The notes beneath the pieces were generated by a model. That model searched no databases. It was not told the DNA's origin and saw only the letters and a list, made by a program, of their open reading frames with translations. DNA of 63,922 bases, the filler included, from Reticulomyxa filosa (Eukaryota; Protista; Foraminifera): the NCBI GenBank assembly GCA_000512085.1. It is 14 parts of 14 records of this genome, joined end to end, with 100 filler letters (N's around TTAATTAATTAA, not from the genome) between each part and the next. Parts side by side here need not be neighbours in the genome. Positions count along the whole stretch, not along the records: positions 50,873 to 54,161 come from ASPP01001508.1; positions 54,262 to 56,273 come from ASPP01004325.1; positions 56,374 to 62,815 come from ASPP01011618.1; positions 62,916 to 63,922 come from ASPP01009551.1; 10 more parts are not named here. The stretch is one strand, 5' to 3'. Shown piece after piece: positions 52,450 to 63,922 of this stretch. Made by a program: the position numbers and the translations under genes. The first letter of the stretch is position 1, and each line of letters opens with the position of its first letter.

Positions 52450-53676
52450 CGAATATAGATTCTGAAAAACTTTGCTTACTATCAACAAGTAGACTAGCTT
52501 GAATCGTATACACGTCGAAATTGCATTCGTTTGTTTACCGGCTTAACAAACGAGGTATGTCAATATTTTTGCTTTTGTCTCTGAAGTTTTTGAAGTCATG
52601 CAAAGGCTTTACTCTCTAGTGTTAATACCTTTTGAAGGCTATCACTGTGGAATGAAAGAAAACTTGCCTAGATGGTCCAGAAACATCGTACTTGAAGTCC
52701 AGCTCTTGCGGAATCATCGTTAATGTCTCCCCTATCCATTGTGCTTCTGTATTTCCTCTCATTATCTCTACCAAAACTACTCCACCCCGCAAGTTTATGA
52801 CTTAATGCTATCTTTCCTTCCGCTTCTACATAAGGACCGCACATTTTTGCAAAAAAAAATGGACGTCAAAGAGTAAACCAATTCATTATTTTGTCCTTTC
52901 CTCTTTCGAATAAATTTTTTTAAAAAAAGGGGTGGAAGGAAAATTTTAAAAAAATTTCAATTGGTTATGAGTTATGTATGTATGGTTTTTTTTTTTTTTT
53001 GGCACGTGCACAAGATCTTTTTTTAAAAAATTTTTAAAGTTAGTCCCAAACACAAAAACGTAACGCAAATTGTCAGAGAATTTTTGGAGGAGTTGAGAAA
53101 CTGAAAACAAAAATGACTAGTGGAATTGTGCGATTTATGGTGGACAAACAACGGCACGATGGTCAATCTGATTATTGCACCGTCTTCTTGGCTTGACCAT
53201 ATAAATAAAATCATGGTCGCCAGCAAAACCAATAGGACAAAGATTGTCAATCCCCTGGCAAAGTATTGGCTCAACGATTTTTTGTACTTTTTGCCAACGG
53301 GTGTCCCTCTGAGGCAGCCGCACGAAAATGTGGGTGTTGGCTGCCTTTTGCTTATTGTACATTTGGGAGTAGTAGCAGTGCTCTCTTTTTTCTTGGTTCT
53401 GGTGAGTCGTAAGTAGGGGCACCTTTTCTCGGTGAAAGCACGCGCAAGTCGTGCAATTCTATATGTGATTGCTTGGAGGATGCTTTTGGATGTTTATTGT
53501 ATGATAGCACCTTCCAGGAGATTATCTTTCTCATTTGATGAAGGACCGCTAGGTTGCATTTCTTTGTCTTCGATCGAGAAAGACTCGCCGATCTTTTCCA
53601 ACAAAAGGGAACCGCCACTAGTGTGCAGTGCCCTTTGTTGTTTTTGAGAAAACGTGAAAATTTTTTGCAATGCCAT
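52450..53676 (-). pseudogene. Probable decayed protein-coding gene of unknown family
   Basis: Coding-like composition in two blocks separated by an intron-like T/A-tract region, broken by several stops and frameshifts. Confidence 0.3.
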
Positions 53677-54261
53677 TTACAACAACCACAAGTTTATGTG
53701 TGAATGGGGCTTACATAAAAAAATTTTAACTGGATAAATTATTTATTGAAAGAATTCTATCAAAGTTTTTGGACTGGTTAAATAAAGTTTGAGTGGGAGG
53801 ACTCATCATTTCTAACTGTAAATAAATCTTTAATGCAATAACATCTAGAAGATATCAAAATAAGTTTAAAATTTGCAAACGGAATGTTTAATGAGAAAGA
53901 AAAATGTTTGAGCTGTTTTTTTATTGATCGAAGATTGTCGTGAGAGGTATCGTAAAGAGCCTTTTGACGAAAAAAGCTCACTGCTGATGTGCAAACAAAA
54001 GTGCTATCGCGTGGAGAACTTGGACGTGGAGAAATTGAAAGCGCAAGTAGGCATTCAAGCAACAGCAGCAGCAGATATCATCGCAGCAAAGTGGCAGCGA
54101 AGACGAATGGAGAAATGATGATGAAGATCCACGACCAATTCATGCAAGACTTTCGCACATTNNNNNNNNNNNNNNNNNNNNNNNNNNNNNNNNNNNNNNN
54201 NNNNNTTAATTAATTAANNNNNNNNNNNNNNNNNNNNNNNNNNNNNNNNNNNNNNNNNNNN

Positions 54262-55200
54262 ATTATAGGATTGACGTTTTCAAGAGAGTAAAGTTGTGGA
54301 CAATTATAACTTGTTGCAAATGAATGGCAAGAGTTTGGTGTATTGCGAAAAATGATGAATGCCATCGTCCAGAAAATAATTATCACACTAAGTAAGGAGC
54401 ACGAGCATCTGATTATACTTATTTTGCTTGTGGTTGGAGTTGCAGCATTTTCAGCTGTCACTGCTTTTGCTCCAAGTGTGCATATCTTGATCAAGAACCC
54501 CAGCAAATTGCTGATGATAAAATCAAGAGTGGCGTTGGAGTGAAGGGACATAACTCTAAAAAAGAAATTGGGGTGGATTCACCTCGCTCGAAAGGTAGAT
54601 GAAATTGCACGTGGTGTTGCAAATAGCATTGCAGCTGACGTAGAGGTGAGGTGTCTCGCTCGAAAGATAGTATCATTCCAAAAAGGACAATTAACGTTGT
54701 CCATTAGAGTAGAGGCAGATCACGAGAAAAGGGTAAAACAAGTTCATTCAGCACTTTTCCAGTCCGAATTGGTAAATGCATCAGAGGATGAAGAAAAGAA
54801 CACGACGAAGTGCCACAAAGGCCTCAATCCAAATCTTATCGAACTCCACAGGATGCAATACACAGTGTATAAAAAGTTGTTACAGTGCGAGTCAAGACTA
54901 TGCGATAAAGACACCAATCTTGAAATTCTGCAAGAGAAAATGAACGAAGAACCTATCAGACAGAGAGTAGTACGAAAACGTCTCAAAATAACTTAGATTC
55001 AACTATGGATGACAGAAAAATCACTCGAAAACGACAAGAAGGAAAGAAATGGACTTACTGCAGCGTCTGATGAATCTAAAGGTGTGGCGATTTCCATGCT
55101 TCACAAGAATTTGAACGCAAAAAGTTTCTTTCCAAAGAATTATAACACTGTTTTTACAATATGGGGCCAAGGGGGTCGTGTGAAAGGAAATTTTGTATAA
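54262..55200 (+). pseudogene. Probable decayed gene with coiled-coil-like segment
   Basis: Successive short coding-like ORFs separated by stops; family not identified. Confidence 0.3.
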
Positions 55201-56409
55201 CATTTGCAAACCTGGACAAAAACTTCGTTTACAAACGCAAAACAACTTTCGAAAACAAGGAATGGAATGTAAGCACTTTTTTTTCACAGCTCATCTTCTT
55301 CTCGTTGGAAGTGTGGTTCATATTTGGCTTTAAGACAATCTTTTAGTTTATATTAGATTTTTTCTCGATTTTATAGTCGAAAGGAACTTACATTATCTCT
55401 AGTACTCTGCTCTTAGCCCCAATGATAATTTGTCATGACGTAGTATTTGACTTGGGCCTGCAATTGTTGTCTTGGTAACATTTTTCACAATTTGATTTGT
55501 TGTGATGTTATAGTAAAGTTGATGCGGAATAATGGAAAAAAAGTAGTTCTTGTTAATATTTTGAAAACGGTGTTTATTACTTTTAATTGAGTCATTAAAC
55601 ATTAGTTGTCTCGAAATTCAAGAAAGTAATATATTCATTTCTTTTTTTTAAAGTGTATTTTTGAATAATCTCGTTGATCAAGTGAAAATTTGAGTTTTTG
55701 TTGTTATCAATAAATTCTTTTCAATCAACAATATAAAAATATTATTATGTTGTGCAATCTAAGAGAAAATTATACCTAATTATGATTCGATACTTTCTTT
55801 TTATTTATATGACACAAAGCTATCATTCTATTTTTATTTGCTCTGACAACTCTTGTATTTTTCAAAAGTTGTATTTTCTTTTTAATTAAAAAAAAAAGGA
55901 TTGTGGATGAAATATTACACTAAATGTAATACGAAAGGTTAATTAGCTCTTTTGAGCAAGTATCAAACGAAAAAAAGATTAAATAAAGAAAAGTAAAACA
56001 AATGTGTGAAAATGAGTACACCAAAACACCAGATTAAAACGAGAAAAGAAAAACACTGGTGAGTGAAAGTGTTAGGAAAAGTTTAACCCACTGAGAGCTC
56101 GTCAGCCCCTTTAACGATTCTCTCTATATAGTAGGAGGAGTGAAAACAAATCCTTTTAAAAATAAAAGTGTATTTTTTGCATTTTGCTGAAAAAAAAACA
56201 TCAACTGCTGTTCAGATACAGTTACTTAAAGAACGATACGCAAAATTTCTCAAAAAGAAACAAAAATATATGANNNNNNNNNNNNNNNNNNNNNNNNNNN
56301 NNNNNNNNNNNNNNNNNTTAATTAATTAANNNNNNNNNNNNNNNNNNNNNNNNNNNNNNNNNNNNNNNNNNNNAAAAAAAAAAAAAATTATACATATCAT
56401 TATGATGTT

Positions 56410-57182
56410 CAAAATGTGACCAGCTCAATAACCACCTTCAAGGCAAAGAAAGTTTTGTTTTGTTTTTTAAAATTGAACCCATTGAAAAACATATTCAATG
56501 TACGTTTTTTTTTATTAAAGATCAATCATCTGTGGTTAATCCTTTGTCAATTTCTTTCCCTTCCTCCAAAAAAAAAAAAGATGATGGAAATGAACAAATG
56601 TTACTACTGGCCAAAATGAATGTCGTCGCTTGGTCCCAAGCAGCGACTGAAAAATTAAGTAATGAAAAGCATTTGTCCGAGGAGCAAGCCGAACAGGTTC
56701 GATCGGTCTTTTTGGTGATGGAAGCCTTCCCAAATATGCGATTGGTACTGATGAAAGATCCTAAATTAATTCTGTCTATAGATTTTCAAGATAAAGTTAA
56801 TAAATTACGAGATGCAAATAACATTCAAGTAGTAAAGCTGCCAAATGTTGTTCCACCAGGATTTGATTCGCTCAATCCAAGGAACACGGAAACAGCAGTG
56901 CGGATGGAAGGGGTTCTTCCAATTACAGCTAGGCCGATGAAACAGACGACTTACGAAACAGAATTACATATGCGAACAACTCTTACAAATGCACGTACAA
57001 TAGGGAATTTTGAAAATGAAGAGGGAACTTCGGGACTTCCAAGCGTTCAAGAAGAAAATGGAAGAGAAGGAAGAGGTACTTTGTTCCACCGCAAAAGCGA
57101 TACGGAACGTTTGTTTGATAGACAACCCACCCAAGAAATTACTCCTCAAGATCCTGATGACGATATTGCTACCGCCCTTTGA
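56410..57182 (+). CDS. Hypothetical protein, C-terminal exon(s)
   Basis: ~200-aa coding-like ORF after an A-tract acceptor (56580, alternative 56520). Confidence 0.55.
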
Positions 57183-57632
57183 ATTTTGTGCTTATATATA
57201 ATAACTTTTTTTCCCTTCCTCATCGGCATGTATAAAATGAAGACAATAGTAAGCGCAGTTCAAAAATTCTGAGCTTGCTTCCATGAGCTAGAAAGCGTTT
57301 GAACACGTTAAAAAATATCTTTGTAAATATATTTTATTTTTCCATGACATAATTATTTTTGAGAGTTTGTGGCAACTATCAGTTGAGAAATTGCTCATTT
57401 TTTTTTGTTGAAAATGCTACAATATCTGTTTTATTTGTTAAATCCCTTCAATAAAACAATTTCTTAAATGTCCTGAAACTAACATTATCAGCATTGCATT
57501 TTTTTGTTAACCTCAATATTTCTGATTATGTCAAACATTTTTGGTCTGTTTTTTATCTTTGTATGATTCCTTTTCCAAAAGGCAATATTCCAACACGGAA
57601 TAAAAATAGTGCATAAATGAGAAAAGTGACAG

Positions 57633-59159
57633 TTATAAACTGTTCAATCCTTGCAGAAACAACTCCATATTGTCATTAGTTACGTCTTGGCTCAAATTCT
57701 GAAAACTAACGTCATTTTTGTCGATTTCAATATCTGGATTTGTAACGGCAACAGCAGGATCATCACTACTTTTGTTGTTGAAAAACTCTACAACGGCACG
57801 AATTGTGCTCTCTTTACCTATTTAATTTTTGTTGCGTTTCAAATGTAAGTGACCTTTGAGTTCAATAATATGTGTTGTCTACAAAACATGGTGTTTCCAT
57901 TAGTCTTTCTGTTGAAGCATTAACAATTTCATTAATAGAGCCAAAATTATCCAACAATAAAGAGCTGTGAACACATTCATCATGTCTTTGGATTTTTTGT
58001 TTTTTCCACAAAAAAAAATTACCTTTCAATATCCTCTTCATTGGACTCTCTATTAGTTGATTTATTTTGACAAATGAAACGATCAAATCACACCCATCAA
58101 CGCTCTTTTTTTGTTTTAAATAAAAAGGAAAAGAGATATTGATTTTTGATTGGTTGAACAAATCTCAATTAGGAATGATTCTGTTTTTTGCTGATTGGGT
58201 GCAAAAAAAAAAAAAAAAAAATTTGCAAACAGACACACCTCATTCCAGGAATAGAATTTAAAATCTTATGTGCGACATCTTCCGACTCAAACTTTTCTTC
58301 AACGCTCTACAGTTCAGCAATCACATATTCACAGACCAAAGAACAAGGCCGGCAAAGAAAGATAAACAAACAAACAAAAAGCAACATTTATTTGTTTCCT
58401 AAACGGCTTGTATGGACTCTTGTTGTTTTGTCTTAAAGGCTGGGGCAAAGCACATGTTCATTTGACTCAAAATGTGGACGATCTGCTCGGCATTCCACAC
58501 AAAAAAGTAATTTGGATATTTCTGTGCACCGCCGCTGTTACCGGTTGAAATATCAAAAAAGAGAGAGATATTTACGACAACAAACATGCCAAAAAACATT
58601 AAATGGAGACATAAAATCTTTCACTACATTTTATCTTTTTAGTGCTTGACATAACTTTACATTTAAATATGTCATAACAAAGCGTACTTGGATGTCGTCG
58701 CTGATGTAAAAGAACGCATAGAGGTAGTGATGCATTGCCTTGCTCTTTTCCAATCGTAATAACTTGTGCATTATAGCAAAAAGTAAAAACAACAGCAAAT
58801 TTTGGCAATATTTTGCTCGTTTGTTTTCCGCCCTAATTTTTTTTTTCGTATTACCTCTTGATCTCTTTTAGATTGAACCAGCATGTCTTTGCCATTAATC
58901 AGACAAAATGCAACCTGTTGTAGAACAGCACGCACAAAAGATAACGAAAAATTTTCTTCAACAGCGTAAACCAAACTGATTTGGAGCCTGCCAAAATCAA
59001 ATCTGCTGGTGAACTGTTCTTTGCAAGATTGCGCAGCTGGAACACTTTTGGAGAAAGCTTGCTTGCAAATTCACGGGTTAGATCTCTCTCATTAGAGACA
59101 ATCAAAATTCGAGGAGTAGTTATATTCGATGACGGTCTGGAAGTCACGCGGGCTGTCAT
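57633..59159 (-). CDS. ERCC1-family non-catalytic protein, PTD/SPO16-like (meiotic ZMM crossover factor); 6 introns
   Basis: Spliced product LIVSN..FASKLSPKVFQL..PADLILAGSKS|VAFCLI..|LLRLEKSKAMHHYLYAFF..FVMTYL..PNYFFVWNAE..LNSIPGMR|HD..FGSINEIVNAS..AVVEFF; ends in an (HhH)2 motif. Confidence 0.7.
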
Positions 59160-59608
59160 AAGAACAAAACAGTGTGTTTGAATTTGCACGAGACTTTTTC
59201 CACGCGAACGGGGCACTTAGTGCTTCGTACTGCTTTTGTTCAGGTATATTGATGATATGTTTTGCGGCATTGTGCTGATAAGAAATTTTTTGTATAAAGT
59301 ATAACCGACTACTTTTTTTGGAAAGTACTTTCATCTTTATATGCATAAACTTTGGGCTGTAATGAGTATTGACTTAAATGAGTTATGACATGATGGTAAT
59401 TGTTTTAGTTTTGCAAGAATTGTTTGCAATCAGTTTCCTTTTACTTGTCCCAAAGATTCAACGAACTTGTCTCAGAAATAAAACTTTTAAATGATTAGAG
59501 TCAAAAAAGATTGGCCAGAAACTAAAGTCATTAAAATAATTTCCTCCCCCCCCGACAACTGCTTAGTAACAGTATTGCAGAATTCCAATTTTCATGCAAA
59601 ATGTTTTG

Positions 59609-62600
59609 TTATTGGTCGTTTAACCTCCGTTTCTTTAGATTGGGAGTAATATCATCAGTTAAATCTGTTTCGGGCTGTTTATATACAAATAGATGGAATT
59701 TTTATTTTTACTTTCTTTCAAACGTTAAATAGTATTTACACGTTTGAGTCTTAACTTTTTTTCTTTTTGCAGGAATTGGTGCTCTATAACCAGTGAAACC
59801 AGTTTTGTAGACATCACTCAATTGATGATTGCACATATCCAAAGCGGCATCTGGCACTCTAATACTGTCACGCCGGATGGTTTCTACCCAGCGCTCCCTC
59901 TCAGAATCAGGTAGATTTAATGCCCAGGTCTCATTTTCTTGCAGTTGCAAATTGGTATTTTGAGACGTCGAAACAGGTTTATTTTGTAATTCTTTCAAGT
60001 GATAACATCGTCCAAGTTCAAAAAAGAATTTGACATCTTCATAGACAGTTGAAAGTGGCAAAAAAAAAGTATGATGACGACTCAAAAGTCGTTGAATTAT
60101 TGTACTTAGCATATTGATACACTGTTCTGGCTGGATTTGACAGCTCAATGTTAACTCGTAGAACCATTGTGAAATTACATGAGACCCCCAGTTAAGCATT
60201 TTTTGTTCAAATTCTATTTCGTTTTTGCAATCCAAGATAACTGCTATCAAGTGTTGACAATGAATATTGAAGTAATTTTGGGTCCATGTTTGGATTCGAT
60301 CTCGATTTTCACTTAAACATTCTGAGCTGATTAATTCCCCCAATGCTGACGCCAAATCTGCAGCCAGAGTATCCCTTCCGACAGGAGTGTCATTTTCCAA
60401 CACAGAACGTTTTAAAAATTCTTGTAGCGGAGCATACAATCGCTTGACAAATGACCTTCGGGAGGAAAAGAGAAAAAACGAAAAACAACAAATAGAAATT
60501 TCCTTCCAAAAAAAACAAACAAACAAAAAAATTGCTCATACCAATCATTGTTGGCTTTGGCATGACCAATATCACTGGAATTGATATGACTGATCAAAAA
60601 TTGCGTGACTTGATTAATCAGGCTTTGTCTGTCGATTTCCTCTGCTGTCGGACGATGTTGGGAAGAGCGATTTGTAGCGCTAGTATTTCTGTTGCTGAAC
60701 AAGTTCATTAAATTCAACCAAGGATCAAATTCTATTTCCTCGTGAGTGCTATCTTGGCTATCTTGCGAAATTGGTGGAATAAGATCGAACAAATTGGTCA
60801 AAGGATGTACCGCACTTCTCATATTATTATTATCATTGTTATTATTATTATTATTATTATTATTAGCATTACGATTTGTAATTCCTGTACTTTGCGAGAT
60901 TGAAGGAGCTATTGAAGAAAATCCTTGCCGTCTTTCTCCTCTTTCAACTTGTTTTTCGTCGATACTCGTTGATTGCATCTGCTCATTATTCCTGTTTTGG
61001 TTATTTGTATTGTTATTGGTCCTGCCATCATTTGAAGCAGAATTTGTGATGGATGAGATGCCACGGGAACGCGTTGCATGCACAGAATCATTGTCTGCGA
61101 TAGCGTTTGTGGCATTCGTCTGACTTCTTCTCTCGCCGATGGTATATGTTCTTCCCTCTTGAAGTGCTTGAAGAAGTTGTGAAGGTAAGAGCGCATTTAG
61201 GCGACCAATTGGCCTTGTTTGTGATTGCACAATCACCCCATGGGTCACTGGCATTGATACTCTCATTGTCTGACGTGCGTATTGTGGTCTCAGTAAGACC
61301 TCGCTTTCTTCGTTTCGACCTGATCGCAAAAATGAGTTGTTGTTGTCATGTGCAAATATGATATCGTCTGTGTACTCTCCATTGCTACTAAACAAGACAT
61401 GTTTAAGCCACCAAAAGAAAACGAAAACAAAACAAAGCAAAATAAAACGGAACAAACAACAAAGTAAACAAACATAGCTTACCAAAACAAAAACAAACAA
61501 AAAAAAGGGGGCTCTAAAATAATCTTAATTAACTATTTAAGCATAAGGTTTGCAACAAACGACCAATACTCGCAAGCACAGTACCAACTTGGACCAATAA
61601 GGTTCCTACGGCCCCTGTACCCATATATCGCAATATGTTTATATAATAATACAAATAAAATATTTTACTTTATATGTATATAATATGAAGCACACGAAAT
61701 AAATGTGTTGTGTCAACCCCAAACTGGTTCTTCTTTCTAAATCTGCCACTTCTTGGGGTTGATGTTGTGTGGTTTCGCTATTGCGTTGAGACTGATTCCA
61801 CTGTTGTAATCCCGCCATCACTGCATTGGCGTAGTGCAAAAAGCCAGGTAAATTAGAAAGCAATGGGACATCTTGTTTGCTTTCCAATTCATTGTAATTT
61901 GTCGTTGTGGAGTGTGTATCGCTCCTTTGAACGGATTTCAAATCAAAACTCTGTAGTTTGTGCATCGCGTCGATATTCTCCACATTTTCTGTAGATCCAT
62001 GTTCATGTTTTTCCAAAAATTGTGTCATCTTTGTATACACATCGTGCAGCTTTGATACTTGTTCTTGAAGGGCTATTCTCCTTCTTTCATTTCTTTGTTG
62101 AAGCTGTGTCGATTGAGTGCTGTTGTTTTGAGTTTGATTACCCGCACTTATTTGAAAGCGACCATTTGCATTGGCATTGGCATTGGCATTGCTATTGCTA
62201 TTGCTATTGCTATTGTTGTTGTTGTTGTTGTTGGCAGTGGCATCAGTACTTGTACTTCTGTTATTGTTAGTATTAATATTAACATTAGTATCTGCACTTG
62301 CACTTGTATTGTGTGGACGTTGAGAAGCACTGTTACTATTATTATTATTAGCAGTAATGTTGTCATTGATTGAGATATTGGAGTTGGAATCAAGGAAGGA
62401 GCGCAGAATGGAGTGTAGGTTGGGGTTTGCGTTCCCTGGGGAAGCTTCCATGACACGGCCGATGACTTGGAATTGGACGTCGGGACGAGGAGGCTGTCTC
62501 CGTGATGGATGCTGAGTACGTGTGGATGCGTCGGTGTTGGAGTCTCTGCGTTGGTCTTTGTAAGATAAATGATCCCCAAAGTGGCGCTGAATTCGATCAA

Positions 62601-62772
62601 TTTCCGATTGAATGGCACGACACGACCTCAGCAGCGGCGATGTCAACCGGCCACGAAAACGTCCAATTCCATTGTCAGATATTTCCGTACGCAAACTTCC
62701 ATTTTCGTTGGCATAGTCATTTTCATCATCACTCTCTGGATTGAGGAGTCGTCTCAAATCCAATGCTGACAA
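59609..62772 (-). CDS. BAG6/BAT3-like protein, 5' incomplete, multi-exon
   Basis: C-terminal WVETIRRD...LSDVYKTG...PAKRKK resembles the BAG6 W..II..D...LSDAY..GMPAKRRK NLS region; long Asn/Ser-rich low-complexity middle. Confidence 0.65.
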
Positions 62773-62959
62773 GTTTTCCTTTTTTTTTTTTTTTTTTTTG
62801 TATATTTATTTTTTTNNNNNNNNNNNNNNNNNNNNNNNNNNNNNNNNNNNNNNNNNNNNTTAATTAATTAANNNNNNNNNNNNNNNNNNNNNNNNNNNNN
62901 NNNNNNNNNNNNNNNTTTGCTTTTTTTCAATCTCCTCCTCCCTCTCTCTTCCCTCCAAA

Positions 62960-63922
62960 AAAAAAATGGAACTCTAGACGAACAAGACGCAGACGTGAGT
63001 GGAAATGAAGAGGAAGCCGAACACAAGGGCAAAAGCAAGAGCCCTTCCAGCTCCAAATCCAATCTCAAATCGGACGGCAAGAGGAGTCCTGGCAACAACA
63101 AAAGTTGTGTTTCAATTGGAAAAAAAAAAAAAAAAAAGGGGTCCACTCTTTCCCTTTCCTCCTTCCTCCTCCCCAAATTTGTTTCTGAAGCGTTTTTTGA
63201 TGTGCGTGTACAACACCCTTAGCTGCCGTGGCAAATGGAAAAAAACCGACGAATTCCAAAAGTACAGTAAGTTTAACAACGTTTCGAGCTTCAATTTTTT
63301 CAACATAAATAAAAAAAAAAAAAAAGAAAAATTTGAACAATCAATACACATAAACATACATAAATATATACACATATACATATGTACATACATATGTGTA
63401 TATGTTTATATTTATATATTTGTATGTTATATGCATATATGACATGCATGTACAAGAAGTGAACATATGGCTTGCATGTGGACAAAAGGCGTGCCGGTGG
63501 TTACAGACGTCGTCCAAGTGGAGGATTGTCTGTACATGACGGATCAAATCGACAAATGGCAAAAAGATGTGAAAAAGCGAATTCAGTCTTTGAACGAAGC
63601 CATCAGTAGCTTACACACAGCCTTGGAAATGTTAGACGATGCACATTCTTCCGGTAATCTCTTTGTCTCTATCTCTGTGCAAAGTGCACATAAGGACAAA
63701 AATATGAATGGGAGAGAGGGGGGGGCGGAAAAAAAAAAAGTGGTGGGGGGCAAGGATGCGGAGCAATTGAAGCGAGAGTTGGAAGAAGCTAAGAAGCTGA
63801 TCAAAGAAAAGGACAACATGTTGGCACGGACAAAGCGTGCATACGATGAGAAGGCCAAAAAGTTGGAAGAAAAGAAAGGAATTGGAGGAAAAGGAAAGGA
63901 ATTGGATGAAGAAGTCAATGAT
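62960..63922 (+). CDS. Coiled-coil protein fragment, multi-exon; intron 63654-63740
   Basis: IDKWQKDVKKRIQSLNEAISSLHTALEML..|..AEQLKRELEEAKKLIKEKDNMLARTKRAYDEKAKKLEE stays open to the window end. Confidence 0.55.

Noticed and set aside
54262-54996. Faint resemblance to a kinesin motor C-terminus plus coiled coil
   Set aside because: No DLAGSE or HIPYR motif is readable, so the family cannot be supported
4439-62769. Many antisense or alternative-frame ORFs with poly-L/S/F/K, YIYI or HWHW runs
   Set aside because: Shadows of real genes or translations of intronic microsatellites and trinucleotide repeats
6905-62915. Regularly recurring TTAATTAATTAA palindrome flanked by N runs
   Set aside because: Artificial scaffold linker, not a biological repeat or CRISPR array; it also rules out gene-cluster arguments across contigs

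Overview
AT-rich eukaryotic genomic DNA made of 14 unlinked contigs joined by 13 artificial 100-nt linkers (N44-TTAATTAATTAA-N44), so gene neighbourhoods across linkers carry no meaning. The WD40 and RING-like repeat-family relics, poly-Asn proteins and microsatellite-filled introns suggest a foraminiferan such as Reticulomyxa filosa (inference, not verified). Recognisable intron-containing genes: a kelch-propeller membrane protein, NVL/Rix7, an RNF213-like AAA+ fragment, XRN1, Aurora kinase, a bacterial-PH-domain protein, thimet oligopeptidase, an atypical G-alpha, PI4K type II-gamma, XPA, PP2A-A, HSPA12, a KA1-domain CAMK kinase, a PTD/SPO16-like meiotic protein and BAG6. There is also a Ty3/Gypsy pol relic and an eRF1 relic. 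The main unusual signal is the splice code, from a hand count of about 47 introns placed by protein continuity. Donors with the G(T) motif shifted to +6/+7 (GTTGAGT, GTATTGT, GTTTTGT, GTAAAGT) are about as common as normal +5-G donors, +3 is usually T, and many acceptors are A-tract/AAG instead of polypyrimidine/YAG. All family calls come from recalled motifs; no search was run.
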